From Candidatus Cloacimonadales bacterium (GTDB lineage: Bacteria; Cloacimonadota; Cloacimonadia; Cloacimonadales; JAIOQZ01), in the NCBI GenBank assembly GCA_963662655.2, contig CAXXTU010000002.1, positions 1,088,001 through 1,152,000 of the forward strand: DNA of 64,000 nt, in the 5' to 3' direction. Made by a program: the position numbers and the translations under genes. This document shows positions 52,301 to 60,439 of the stretch, piece by piece (the stretch's first letter is position 1; each line of letters opens with the position of its first letter). Under the pieces are notes generated by a model. The model saw only the letters and a program-made list of their open reading frames with translations, was not told where the DNA came from and did no database searches.

Positions 52301-53234
52301 TGACAACGAACTTGTACATGTATTCGCCCGGTGCCAAATCCAAAGTTACCGACCAGGTATCTCCGTCTTGCATCATCGGGGTTGCGGACATATCCCAGTT
52401 GTTGAAATCACCCGCGATATTCATGGATGACGCACCGGGATTATCATAGGTGAAGGTCACGTTTCCGGCTTGCGCGGTTTTCTTGGGGGCCTTCTTGGGA
52501 GCTGGTTTCTCCACTTTCTTCGCTTCACCACCGACGTTAACCACGGAATTCTGTCCGCCGTAGCCATCGTCTGCCGTGTTGGGATTGTCGGGATCGGCAA
52601 CCCAGTCGGAGCCGTTAACCACAAACTTGTACATGTATTCGCCCGGTGCGAGGTCCATGGAGATCGTCCAGGTGTTTCCGTCCTTCTCCATCGGTGTCGC
52701 GGCCATGTCCCAGTTATTGAAATCACCCGCGACATTCACAGATGACGCGCCTGGTTTATTGTATGTGAAGGTCACGTTTCCGGCTTGCGCGGCTTTCTTG
52801 GGGGCCTTCTTTGGGGCTTCCTTCACAACCTTGGACGCTTCGCCGCCGGTAACGGTCAGAACGGAGTTCGCTCCGCCGTAGCCGTCGTCTGCCGTGTTGG
52901 GATTGTCGGGATCGGCAACCCAGTCCGCGCCGTTGATAACGAACTTGTACATGTATTCGCCAGGTTTAAGATCCAGCGCGACCTGCCAGGTGTTCCCCAC
53001 CTTCTCCATAGGCGTCGCGGAGGAATTCCAGTCGTTGAAATCCCCTGCTACATGCACGCTGTTCGCGCTTGAATTCTTGTATGTTACAAGGACCCCAGAA
53101 GCCGGGATTTCCGGTCCGGAAGCCTTTTCCGCCTTCTGCTGTGTCTTTCCGTCAAAATCACCGAAGCCGAGTGTGGTACATCCGGCCAGAATGATCAGGA
53201 CCAAACAGCACAATGCTATGATTATACGTTTCAT
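49362..53234 (-). CDS. Lipoprotein GH13 neopullulanase/cyclomaltodextrinase-like enzyme with six tandem CBM48-type modules
   Basis: Lipobox LAGC; six VAGDFNxW...YKFVV...DDGYGGxNSV units; GH13 motifs IYQIFPERF, DVAFNH, GFRLDV, VGEIW, SHD. Confidence 0.92.
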   Translation of the reverse strand: MKRIIIALCCLVLIILAGCTTLGFGDFDGKTQQKAEKASGPEIPASGVLVTYKNSSANSVHVAGDFNDWNSSATPMEKVGNTWQVALDLKPGEYMYKFVINGADWVADPDNPNTADDGYGGANSVLTVTGGEASKVVKEAPKKAPKKAAQAGNVTFTYNKPGASSVNVAGDFNNWDMAATPMEKDGNTWTISMDLAPGEYMYKFVVNGSDWVADPDNPNTADDGYGGQNSVVNVGGEAKKVEKPAPKKAPKKTAQAGNVTFTYDNPGASSMNIAGDFNNWDMSATPMMQDGDTWSVTLDLAPGEYMYKFVVNGSDWVADPDNPNTADDGYGGKNSVVNVGGEAKKAEKKAPAKKPVSGKGTVVTYSDAGASSVNIAGDFNNWDMAATPMMQDGDTWSVTLDLTPGEYQYKFVVNGSDWKPDPNNSNVMDDGYGGQNSVLVVGEGKDTGVKKVATKTQEKSPQGAIPVTFTYQPLIGGKHDIYVAGDFNNWSPTANKMKEVSGEYSTTIDLQPGKYAYKFVVDDNWLADESAEEFVGDGYGGQNSVVYAGDPKELNALRKVKFRYTPGKPVKEVYLAGSFNAWNQKEDRMLDNGDGTFEIVMLLKPDEYHYKFVVDGIEWLHDSNAQRFADDGFGGKNSVVLVDETFPMVTLEVADGQMLTYGISTDQSIETVNPLSEKTVEFKTKAHLGDVENVTFWKDGKELPMKLVSEDGSFEYYRIFVELKNPDEAFDYCFVYHDGPKKFYLLEGEIAETLNNAKLFHYPVAGLEPFITPNWVKEGVIYQIFPERFYNGSKYNDPDFSEWYYDGMRTPPPKGKKLKKDQVYYRLIEDWYDVAPLTSNPYHPEGKPDWWAFYGGDIVGIHQKLDYLHDLGITIIYFNPIFQARSNHKYDAADYMKMDPHFGTEQQLKDFIKDAHDLGIHVILDVAFNHTGDTFWAFQDGKKNGPASEYYEWYEWKKWPLPESNYKPADYYECWWGFGEMPDLDYDKSRPSASENSVKDITQAQPNKPVVDYILGLVDYWIGDVGFDGFRLDVPNEVPFWFWRLFRERVKEVKPDAYLVGEIWSNAVDWVNNDYFDAVMNYAYFKDPVQRFFNQRNCSAKTFDRDLKPGLLTYPTQSTQAMMNLIDSHDTHRYLETAGGDVNKLKMAAFFQMTYVGAPHIWYGDEIGMMGAHDPDCRRPFEWNYTENQDRVALREYYKKLIKIRKENKALTKGDFHTLLAKEKIYSFLREYKGEEIVVVINNETSPRNITVDVPVKSAQLTDLMTGKTYKVDGGKVTLSLEGQTGAILK

Positions 53235-53259
53235 GCGTAACTCCTGTATTCTCGATTAT

Positions 53260-54219
53260 TTAATTTGCCAGCATCGCTTCGATGACTGTCGTGAAGCTTC
53301 CTGCCGAATCCCACTGCGGGATCGAATCGTTGGCGAAATACTGATCGCCGCCGCCGCCGATGAGGGCAACAAGGCCGATCGATTGGCCGGCCGGAGCGTT
53401 TTCAGCGCCGTAGATTTGCTCGAAAGGAATCGCGATCTCGATGCAGCTTGCGGTCATGGCGACCTCAATCTCGAGCGGATTTGTGTCGATCGCGGCAGGA
53501 TCGGAGAAGCTCGCGCAGAACGCGTCGGCTAGCGCCCAATTACAGATGCCGATATCAGCGCCGAAGAAATCAGGTGCCGTAACGGTTTTGCGCAGACGAT
53601 TACCCGGGTCTCCCCCACTGAGCGTAGAGAAGTCATTCACACCGGTCTCGTCACCGAAGTCGGTATCGATGTAGAAGTTCACAGTGTTGTCCGAGGACGA
53701 GAATTGTCCGGTCACGCAGATAAACAAATGCGTAGCGTTCTGTGCCATGTAGAAGCAGTTGAAATCGTTCGGACCCCAGTCGGAGGCGTTGTTGTTGATG
53801 TAGAACGGCTCTCCCCAATCGGTCGAATCCGCATCGACGGTGATTTCTCTGAATTCCATAGGCTCGGAATACTCGAAGACAACCGTGCTGGTTGTTTCAG
53901 TTTTATTAGGCTCCAGCGCTATCGTGAGGCTCTTGCTTCCATAGCTTTCGGAGAAGAAATAAATCGAATACTCTCCCGCCGAGAGACCGTCAAGATGCCA
54001 GTAACCATCTGAATCGGTCGTGGTTTGAGCAGCTTTGATCATCTCGCCGTCGGAATTGAGATAGAGCTCCACGGTCGCCGACAGCGTATCGGTTGAAGCC
54101 TCCTCGAACTCGACATAGCCTTCCACGGAGGCGTTGTGGTAGAAGGGGCTGTCGGTGGGTGAATCTTCACATGCGATAAAAATCAGCATGATGGCGATAA
54201 TGCTTGTTATCCATTTCAT
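53260..54219 (-). CDS. Lipoprotein with carboxypeptidase-regulatory-like and DOMON/CBM9-like domains
   Basis: Lipobox FIAC; TDSDGYWHLDGLSAGEY, NFYIDTD and IEIAIPF motifs. Confidence 0.7.
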   Translation of the reverse strand: MKWITSIIAIMLIFIACEDSPTDSPFYHNASVEGYVEFEEASTDTLSATVELYLNSDGEMIKAAQTTTDSDGYWHLDGLSAGEYSIYFFSESYGSKSLTIALEPNKTETTSTVVFEYSEPMEFREITVDADSTDWGEPFYINNNASDWGPNDFNCFYMAQNATHLFICVTGQFSSSDNTVNFYIDTDFGDETGVNDFSTLSGGDPGNRLRKTVTAPDFFGADIGICNWALADAFCASFSDPAAIDTNPLEIEVAMTASCIEIAIPFEQIYGAENAPAGQSIGLVALIGGGGDQYFANDSIPQWDSAGSFTTVIEAMLAN

Positions 54220-54236
54220 ATATCGTACCTCGTATT

Positions 54237-54653
54237 CTATTCGATCGTCAGCACGGAATTCTTTCCGCCGTAACCATCGTCCGTATAGTCGAGCGCGTTG
54301 GGGTCCGTGAACCAGGAGTTGCGATCGACAACATATTTGTAGGTGTATCGTCCGGGAGGCAGATCCTTGACCAGTGTCCAGATTCCGTCGTCCGCTTCCA
54401 GGTCGCCATGCGTACCGTCGTCATACATCTTATCGATATTGGGGTCGTACTGCGCGCTCGTCGACGCGGTTCCTCCCCAGAGGTTGTCCGGGAAGTCTCC
54501 TGCCAGCGTCACCAGCCGAGCAGATGGCGCTTCGTACTGGAACACCACCCCTTTTTTCGACTTGTACGGGGGCGGAAGTCTCTTCTTGATGAAGTTGAGC
54601 TCGCAACCCGCAAGTAGCATCAGAGCCACGGCAATCACAATATATCTCTTCAT
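54237..54653 (-). CDS. Small CBM48-type glycogen-binding lipoprotein
   Basis: Lipobox LAGC; LAGDF...YKYVVD...DDGYGGKNSV; inserted MYDDGTHGDLEADDGIWT loop. Confidence 0.85.
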   Translation of the reverse strand: MKRYIVIAVALMLLAGCELNFIKKRLPPPYKSKKGVVFQYEAPSARLVTLAGDFPDNLWGGTASTSAQYDPNIDKMYDDGTHGDLEADDGIWTLVKDLPPGRYTYKYVVDRNSWFTDPNALDYTDDGYGGKNSVLTIE

Positions 54654-54668
54654 GATTCGCGCTCCTTG

Positions 54669-56738
54669 TTAGAATTTCAGCGTCGCTTCGAGCATGAAGC
54701 GTTTCTCGTCTTTCAGCGCTTCTTCCGCAGTGCGGATTTTCTCGCCGGTTCCGAGATACGCGTTCTCGGTGTATTCTTCATAATCGGCGGCTTCGCTCAG
54801 GTACTCGTCACGTCCACCGTAGTAGAACTCGTCCGTCACGTTGTTGAGCGTTCTCGGATTAACACCCCAGCCGAAGGAGAGTCGCACGTCGTCGGAGAGC
54901 TGGTATGCCAGCTCGGAGTAGTTGCTGACGAACACATCCTCGTCGTTACCGAAATCGGTCTCGAGACCCTGATATGGATCGTTGTAATACGGAATACGCG
55001 TGCTCGACCAGATCATCCACTCTTTGTTCAGATGGATTCCCACCGCAATCACGTTCTCGATATATTTGGCTTCCTTCATGAATCCCTGGTGCGCAAAGGT
55101 AGCGTCCCAGTCGATATCGACCGGGAAGTATACCTTGAACTTGTATCCCACCGAGAGATTCCAGGTAAGGGCTTCCTCGTATCCGAGTATGGTATAACGA
55201 TCGAATGGAACGTCCGAGTAGCGCTGGAACCAGCGACCGTTGCCGTCCGTCTTTTCCATGTACTTGTAGTAGTTGTTCCAGTCGACCAGCGAATCCGGGA
55301 ACTCGTAGGTCCAGTACTTCATCCCGATGCTCGCGGTGAAATCTCCCGCCTCGAAGTCGGCGTTCAGGCCGATGCGGTTGCGGGTGATTTCCTCGGTTGT
55401 CGTCTCGGGATTCGGGGTCAGTCCGTTCGGGTTCGCACCCGTCTCAAGGATGTACTCGATCTTGTTGGTTTGCAGATTCGCGTTCAACTTCAGAGCCGCC
55501 GGGAAATTCACTCGGAGGCCCAACCACGCGGAGTTGCCTTCCATCCAGGTGAATTCCTCTTCCGTGATGTATTCGTAGCCTTCTTCGCCGTAACGCTTGT
55601 GGTTGTTGCGGTTCTCGAAGCTGTAGTATTCCGCGTCGAGCGCCAGAAGCATCGGATTTTGCCAGCCGATTCCCATCATGTTGTGCTCGTAGGTCATATC
55701 GAAGGCATAGCTGTCGTGCTTCTGGAGGAGCTCATCCGATGCCGAGACTCTCACGCCGTACAGGGTTCCACCCAGGCGAAGGGTTTTCTGATTGCCCTCG
55801 CGCTCGGAGAAAAGCCAGCTCGTGGTAAGCCTTCCGGCTCCGGTGTCGGTTTCGGAATCGGTCGCGTCGTCGGAGTACAAGCCTTCGAAAGCCACCCGTA
55901 TTGGGGTTCCTGCAAGCAGGTCATTGAAGAACTGATCCGCCGTGTCCAGGTATACACCGCGCTGGTCGTAACCGAACGCGTAGTTGTACCTTCCGATGTC
56001 GCCCACGATGTGCATGGGATCGTCGAAAGTGATAAAGCCGTATTTATCGAACGCGGTAAGCTTGAAGTACTCAGTTTTGAGCTTCAGGTACGTTCTTTTA
56101 TATACGAGATGCGTACGCCACATGTCGCTGCCTTCATCGGTGTTGTTGATGCTCATCATCGTGAAGCCTTCGAAGTACTGATTGAACCGGACTTTGATAC
56201 CGAGATTGATATTGTGTTCCGGTTTATCGAGCATGTAGCGCGATTCTTCTTCGTCTTTACTGAAGATGTATTTGGTATAATAACGGCCCGTAAAATAGAC
56301 CTTGGGATTAATCATGCTGGCGATGCCTTCGCGCTCGGTTTTCTCCTCGGCGACGAGCTTGCCTTTGCCGTCGATCTCCACCAGCGAATTGGATCCGCCG
56401 TAGCCGTCATCCATCAGGTTGCTGTGGTCGGGATCGAAGAACCAGTTGCCGTCCACCACAAACTTGTATTGGTGTTTCCCGGGCGGCAACAGCACGGTCG
56501 TTGTCCACATGCCGTCACTGTCTTTTTGCATCGGTGTCGCACTCGAGTTCCATTCGTTGAACGAACCCGCTACGGAAACCGACTGGGCGTCGGGGGCATC
56601 GTAGGTGAACGCAACGCCATCCGAGACCACTTTGACCGCTGCGCCGAGCCACACTATCGGCAGGCTCAGAAGCACAAGCAAGATCAGTTTGTACATTCGT
56701 GTTGTATTACAAAGCCGACGTATTAAAGGCGCTTTCAT
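54669..56738 (-). CDS. CBM48 fused to a predicted outer-membrane beta-barrel
   Basis: Signal peptide; CBM48 (VAGSFNEW...DDGYGGSNS); about 550 aa of aromatic-rich amphipathic strands; terminal LEATLKF. Start is 56738 (RBS AGGAGA) or 56696. Confidence 0.7.
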   Translation of the reverse strand: MKAPLIRRLCNTTRMYKLILLVLLSLPIVWLGAAVKVVSDGVAFTYDAPDAQSVSVAGSFNEWNSSATPMQKDSDGMWTTTVLLPPGKHQYKFVVDGNWFFDPDHSNLMDDGYGGSNSLVEIDGKGKLVAEEKTEREGIASMINPKVYFTGRYYTKYIFSKDEEESRYMLDKPEHNINLGIKVRFNQYFEGFTMMSINNTDEGSDMWRTHLVYKRTYLKLKTEYFKLTAFDKYGFITFDDPMHIVGDIGRYNYAFGYDQRGVYLDTADQFFNDLLAGTPIRVAFEGLYSDDATDSETDTGAGRLTTSWLFSEREGNQKTLRLGGTLYGVRVSASDELLQKHDSYAFDMTYEHNMMGIGWQNPMLLALDAEYYSFENRNNHKRYGEEGYEYITEEEFTWMEGNSAWLGLRVNFPAALKLNANLQTNKIEYILETGANPNGLTPNPETTTEEITRNRIGLNADFEAGDFTASIGMKYWTYEFPDSLVDWNNYYKYMEKTDGNGRWFQRYSDVPFDRYTILGYEEALTWNLSVGYKFKVYFPVDIDWDATFAHQGFMKEAKYIENVIAVGIHLNKEWMIWSSTRIPYYNDPYQGLETDFGNDEDVFVSNYSELAYQLSDDVRLSFGWGVNPRTLNNVTDEFYYGGRDEYLSEAADYEEYTENAYLGTGEKIRTAEEALKDEKRFMLEATLKF

Positions 56739-56821
56739 TCTATCTCCTGTTCCATCGATTTTCATGAACGATTGATTGCGTTGCAGGCGTGTACCCTGCG
56801 TCTTGTTATCTAACGTTTTCA

Positions 56822-58330
56822 TCAGAACCACCCCTTGAGGATCAGCTTAACTTCCTTCTCCATATCGCCACCGGAAGAAAATCCATCGTCGTTGACAAGC
56901 CCGTACTGTCCCCACCAACTCGGTCCGTATTGCAGGTAGAGCTCGGTGTTGCCGCTGAGCCTGTACTGGATCTCTCCAAAGATGCTGTGACGCGATCCTT
57001 CTTCATCGTTAGCGATCATACCGCGCATGAAGAATTTCCATTCGTCGGTAAGGTTGACGCTGACCTCTACGCCGGTAAGCTGTACCTCCGAGTCCTCGCC
57101 CATGTCCTTGATCTTGAACTGCGTAAGCAGCTTGGCCAGGCGATTCTCAACGGAAAGCTCCGCAAAGAAGTCGTAGTGTTTGTACTTCGTGTTGTTGTAG
57201 TCTTCGTCTTTTTTATTGTAGTATATCTTGCCCTTGAAGCCCTTCACGAATTCGATGTACATCTCCGTGTAGAGATTCGTGGTGGGGTTGTAGACTTCCT
57301 TCTTCTGGGTGTCGAACGTTCCGTCGGGAGCGATCCTGGTAACATAAACCGTATCGGGGACATGGTTCTGCCATGCCGAGTAGTTCACCGTAAGCGTTAT
57401 GGCGCGGTTGGGAACCAGGTATTTGGTGTCCAGCCAGTAGCCGTATTCGTTGTACTTGTTCTCTCCCATATAATTCCGGTAGGTGTCGCCGTACGACCAT
57501 CCACCGGGTTTCAACAAGATGTAGCCTAATTTTGCCGTTCCGACGCGGATACCCATGAATTCCCCTTTCAACGCGATGTTGGATTTCAGGATATCTTCGT
57601 CTTCGTATTCATCGTTACGTTGCTGGATGTCTTCTTCAGCGGGGACATCGCTCCAGGCGAATTCCGTGTTGAGGTAGTACCGTCCCATGCCGGCGTGGAA
57701 ATCCACTGCCGCCACTTCGTTGTACTCCTTCTCCTGTCCCGTGGAGTAATTCTTACGCTGATAGAACACGCCGAAACGGAGCCGTTCCGAGAGATTCTGG
57801 CGATACCGCATCAGGTGAACGTCGTCGCCCTCGCCGGACGAGAAATCGCTCACAACGTACGTAAAGCTTCCGCCGAACGGATACCAGAGATCCCAGCGAG
57901 CGCCCTGTCCGTTGCCGTCGTTGTTCACCGAGCCGGTATTCACGATTCCCAGCATGGAGCCGTCCGTCCAGTAGTGGCCGCTTTCACGGGTGAAAAGGAC
58001 GCCCTGTCCTCCCCATCCGCTTCTTTCGTAGCGATACTGAACATGGCCCTCGCCGAATATCGATTCCGTGTTACCGGTGTTCTTGTAAGAATCCTGTCCC
58101 TTGTCGTTATCCGCGTAAATTTTGAAGAATACTTCCGCGTTCTTCAGAGGGCTGGAGAAGAAGCGCGTCTCGATGTAGTAGTTCGGGTCCCACATGTTCC
58201 ACTTGTATTCCTCGGAATCGTAGGTTCTGCCGAACTGTCCTTCGAGGTAACCCTCCATCTTGATGGGGCCAGCCTTCAGAAGCGCAGCAAAAAGCAAAAT
58301 CAGGATCAATGCGATGGTATGTTTTTTCAT
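56822..58330 (-). CDS. Predicted outer-membrane beta-barrel protein
   Basis: Signal peptide; Tyr/Trp/Gly-rich alternating strands; C-terminal LILKGWF. Confidence 0.7.
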   Translation of the reverse strand: MKKHTIALILILLFAALLKAGPIKMEGYLEGQFGRTYDSEEYKWNMWDPNYYIETRFFSSPLKNAEVFFKIYADNDKGQDSYKNTGNTESIFGEGHVQYRYERSGWGGQGVLFTRESGHYWTDGSMLGIVNTGSVNNDGNGQGARWDLWYPFGGSFTYVVSDFSSGEGDDVHLMRYRQNLSERLRFGVFYQRKNYSTGQEKEYNEVAAVDFHAGMGRYYLNTEFAWSDVPAEEDIQQRNDEYEDEDILKSNIALKGEFMGIRVGTAKLGYILLKPGGWSYGDTYRNYMGENKYNEYGYWLDTKYLVPNRAITLTVNYSAWQNHVPDTVYVTRIAPDGTFDTQKKEVYNPTTNLYTEMYIEFVKGFKGKIYYNKKDEDYNNTKYKHYDFFAELSVENRLAKLLTQFKIKDMGEDSEVQLTGVEVSVNLTDEWKFFMRGMIANDEEGSRHSIFGEIQYRLSGNTELYLQYGPSWWGQYGLVNDDGFSSGGDMEKEVKLILKGWF

Positions 58331-58341
58331 CTACGTAATCC

Positions 58342-59241
58342 TTATATTTCAAAGTCGTCCATTGCGAACCGAACCCCGAAGGTCAAGCGGTATGTGCTAC
58401 CCAGTTCGTCGTGCTGAAAAACAGCAGCGTCAAGTGTCCACCAGCTCGATTTCAATCCGAAACCGGCGGTGAGGTTCTCTCCACTCAAACCGATGCGCGG
58501 CGCGAATACGTCGTAAAACCACATCTCGCAACCGAGGTTCAACTGGCTATCGCTGCCTTCCCATTTATAATCCGCCAGGAAGTTAACGATACCTCTCCAA
58601 CTGTAACACGCTCCCGCCACATATTGACGATCGAGCTTGTCGCCTTCCTCCACCAGCTTGAACTCGGGCTGGAAGATATTGCGCGTCACAAAACTGATCG
58701 TGAGCGGCTTCATCGGCTGAACCTGCATCCCGAGGTCCATGTCGAAATTACCGACTTCATCCGCGTCCGAGTAGCCCGGAACGCTTACGCGCATGTATTT
58801 CAGCGTCGCACCAAACCGTAGCGGCACATTCCTGAGCCACACGATCGATGCGCCACCCAGCGATAAGACATCCTCGTAGTACTCGCCTTCCAGGCCGACC
58901 TGCGTCCAGGCGAAACCGGTGCGGATGTACGGAAACGGCATCGAGAACGCGATCATTTCGCTGTTCAAGCCGGAGATTCCGTACAGATTCTGGTGCGACA
59001 TCGAGAAGGAGTATTTCTCCACACGAGTCAATCCGGCCGGATTCCAGAAGAGCGCGGTGGGATCGTCGCTGAGCGCGGTGTAGGCGTTTCCGAGAGCGTA
59101 CGCACGCGCACCGTGATTCATACCCTTGAAATCGGCGTGAGCCAATGCAGGTAGGAGAATCAGGATGGTCAGCGTAAGCAGTTGGATGGTAACGGTCACT
59201 TTTTTCCGGGATTTCCCGGAATCAATCAATGTTTCTTTCAT
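58342..59241 (-). CDS. PorV/PorQ-like (FadL-type) outer-membrane protein
   Basis: GARAYALGNAYTALSDDPTALFWNPAGL motif; HDELGSTYRLTFG end. Confidence 0.8.
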   Translation of the reverse strand: MKETLIDSGKSRKKVTVTIQLLTLTILILLPALAHADFKGMNHGARAYALGNAYTALSDDPTALFWNPAGLTRVEKYSFSMSHQNLYGISGLNSEMIAFSMPFPYIRTGFAWTQVGLEGEYYEDVLSLGGASIVWLRNVPLRFGATLKYMRVSVPGYSDADEVGNFDMDLGMQVQPMKPLTISFVTRNIFQPEFKLVEEGDKLDRQYVAGACYSWRGIVNFLADYKWEGSDSQLNLGCEMWFYDVFAPRIGLSGENLTAGFGLKSSWWTLDAAVFQHDELGSTYRLTFGVRFAMDDFEI

Positions 59242-59282
59242 AAAAAAAACAAACCTTATCTCTTTGTATTAACGGTCATTGG

Positions 59283-60392
59283 TCACTTGATCAATACGAC
59301 CGCCTCCTTGTGACTGACTTCTTTGGAATCGGCGATGAATCGTAGGATGTACACGCCGAAATTCACCAAATTCCCATCTTGATCCCGTCCGGTCCATTCC
59401 CACTCGAGATTGCCGGTCGATGCAGCCGTCCCGACCTTTTTGCCGTCGAGGTTGAATATCTCGACACTGAAGATCGAACCGCGATTGGTTTCGAGCGAGA
59501 AGGTCAGCTTTTCGCCACGCGTCGGCGCGAAAACCTTACCGTCGTCGAAGATAACGCGTTCCACCTTCAGGGATTGGGCTTCGAACGGCGGACGCTTGAA
59601 GAACGAAGTGTGGTAGTTGGGAAGAACGCCCATATCCGGTTCTCCGTCACCGTTCTGGTCAATCGGGACTTCCACATAGTTGTCCAGGACAACGGTTTCC
59701 GTCTGATCGGGCATTCCGCTGAGGTTGTCTGGCGCTGAGTCCGGCCCTGCGGTATGGTCGCCGCCGCCGGTGATCACAGCCAGAAACTTGATCGTAGGGT
59801 AGTTCAGCATCGAGCGTTCATCGCTGTAATAGATGCCGGCCCAGGGGATTTTCGCCTCCAGGGCGCGATCGCTCGAACCGGTGTTGAACGTGGCGAAGTC
59901 CTCGTATCCGAGGTATCCGTCGCCCCATTCGTCGGCGGTGTCCGAAAGACCTTCGCGTACTTCCCAGAACTGCGGATTGTTGTTGGTATCCCAGGTCGCC
60001 AGGAAGAAATCAGGATAGACGTTGTAAAAACGGAATTCGCGGTTCCAGGTGTTCAGCTCTTCCATGTCGTCGATGCCGTAGTCGTCGTACACATCGATGA
60101 ACAGGATCACATTGTTGTCCCAGCTCGTGGCGTCAACCGCAACGTAGAGGTAGGTTTGGTCCCAGGTCACGCGAATCTGACGGATATCGTTGTTCTCGCC
60201 CCAGCGGGAGTCGTTGGGATATTCCAGCGGAATGCCAGTGGAATCGCTGAGAACGTATTCGTCCGTCGTGAAATCGCTGCTGTAACCGTCGATGATGATT
60301 CGTCCGGAGAGATCAGCGGCGGTAACAGCGGATAGAGTAATTGCAATGACAAGAACTGTCAGGGTAATAAACCACTTCATAGATTTGTCCAT
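59283..60392 (-). CDS. Secreted CBM9/DOMON-like protein with a variant FlgD-Ig C-terminal domain
   Basis: IIIDG..SDF, YLYVAVD and LEAKIPW motifs; tail FAPTRGE...WTGRDQDGNLVNFGVYILRF. Confidence 0.7.
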   Translation of the reverse strand: MDKSMKWFITLTVLVIAITLSAVTAADLSGRIIIDGYSSDFTTDEYVLSDSTGIPLEYPNDSRWGENNDIRQIRVTWDQTYLYVAVDATSWDNNVILFIDVYDDYGIDDMEELNTWNREFRFYNVYPDFFLATWDTNNNPQFWEVREGLSDTADEWGDGYLGYEDFATFNTGSSDRALEAKIPWAGIYYSDERSMLNYPTIKFLAVITGGGDHTAGPDSAPDNLSGMPDQTETVVLDNYVEVPIDQNGDGEPDMGVLPNYHTSFFKRPPFEAQSLKVERVIFDDGKVFAPTRGEKLTFSLETNRGSIFSVEIFNLDGKKVGTAASTGNLEWEWTGRDQDGNLVNFGVYILRFIADSKEVSHKEAVVLIK

Positions 60393-60401
60393 TTTAAAGA
60401 G

Positions 60402-60430
60402 GAAAGGGGAACCGCAACCAGCGATTCCCC
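60402..60430 (-). terminator. Terminator-like hairpin inside the locus
   Basis: GGGGAATCGC-TGGTT-GCGGTTCCCC followed by TTTC on the minus strand. Confidence 0.6.
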
Positions 60431-60439
60431 AAACCGGAA

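Noticed and set aside
54666..56726. 686-aa plus-strand ORF
   Set aside because: Antisense shadow of the CBM48-barrel gene, caused by codon bias
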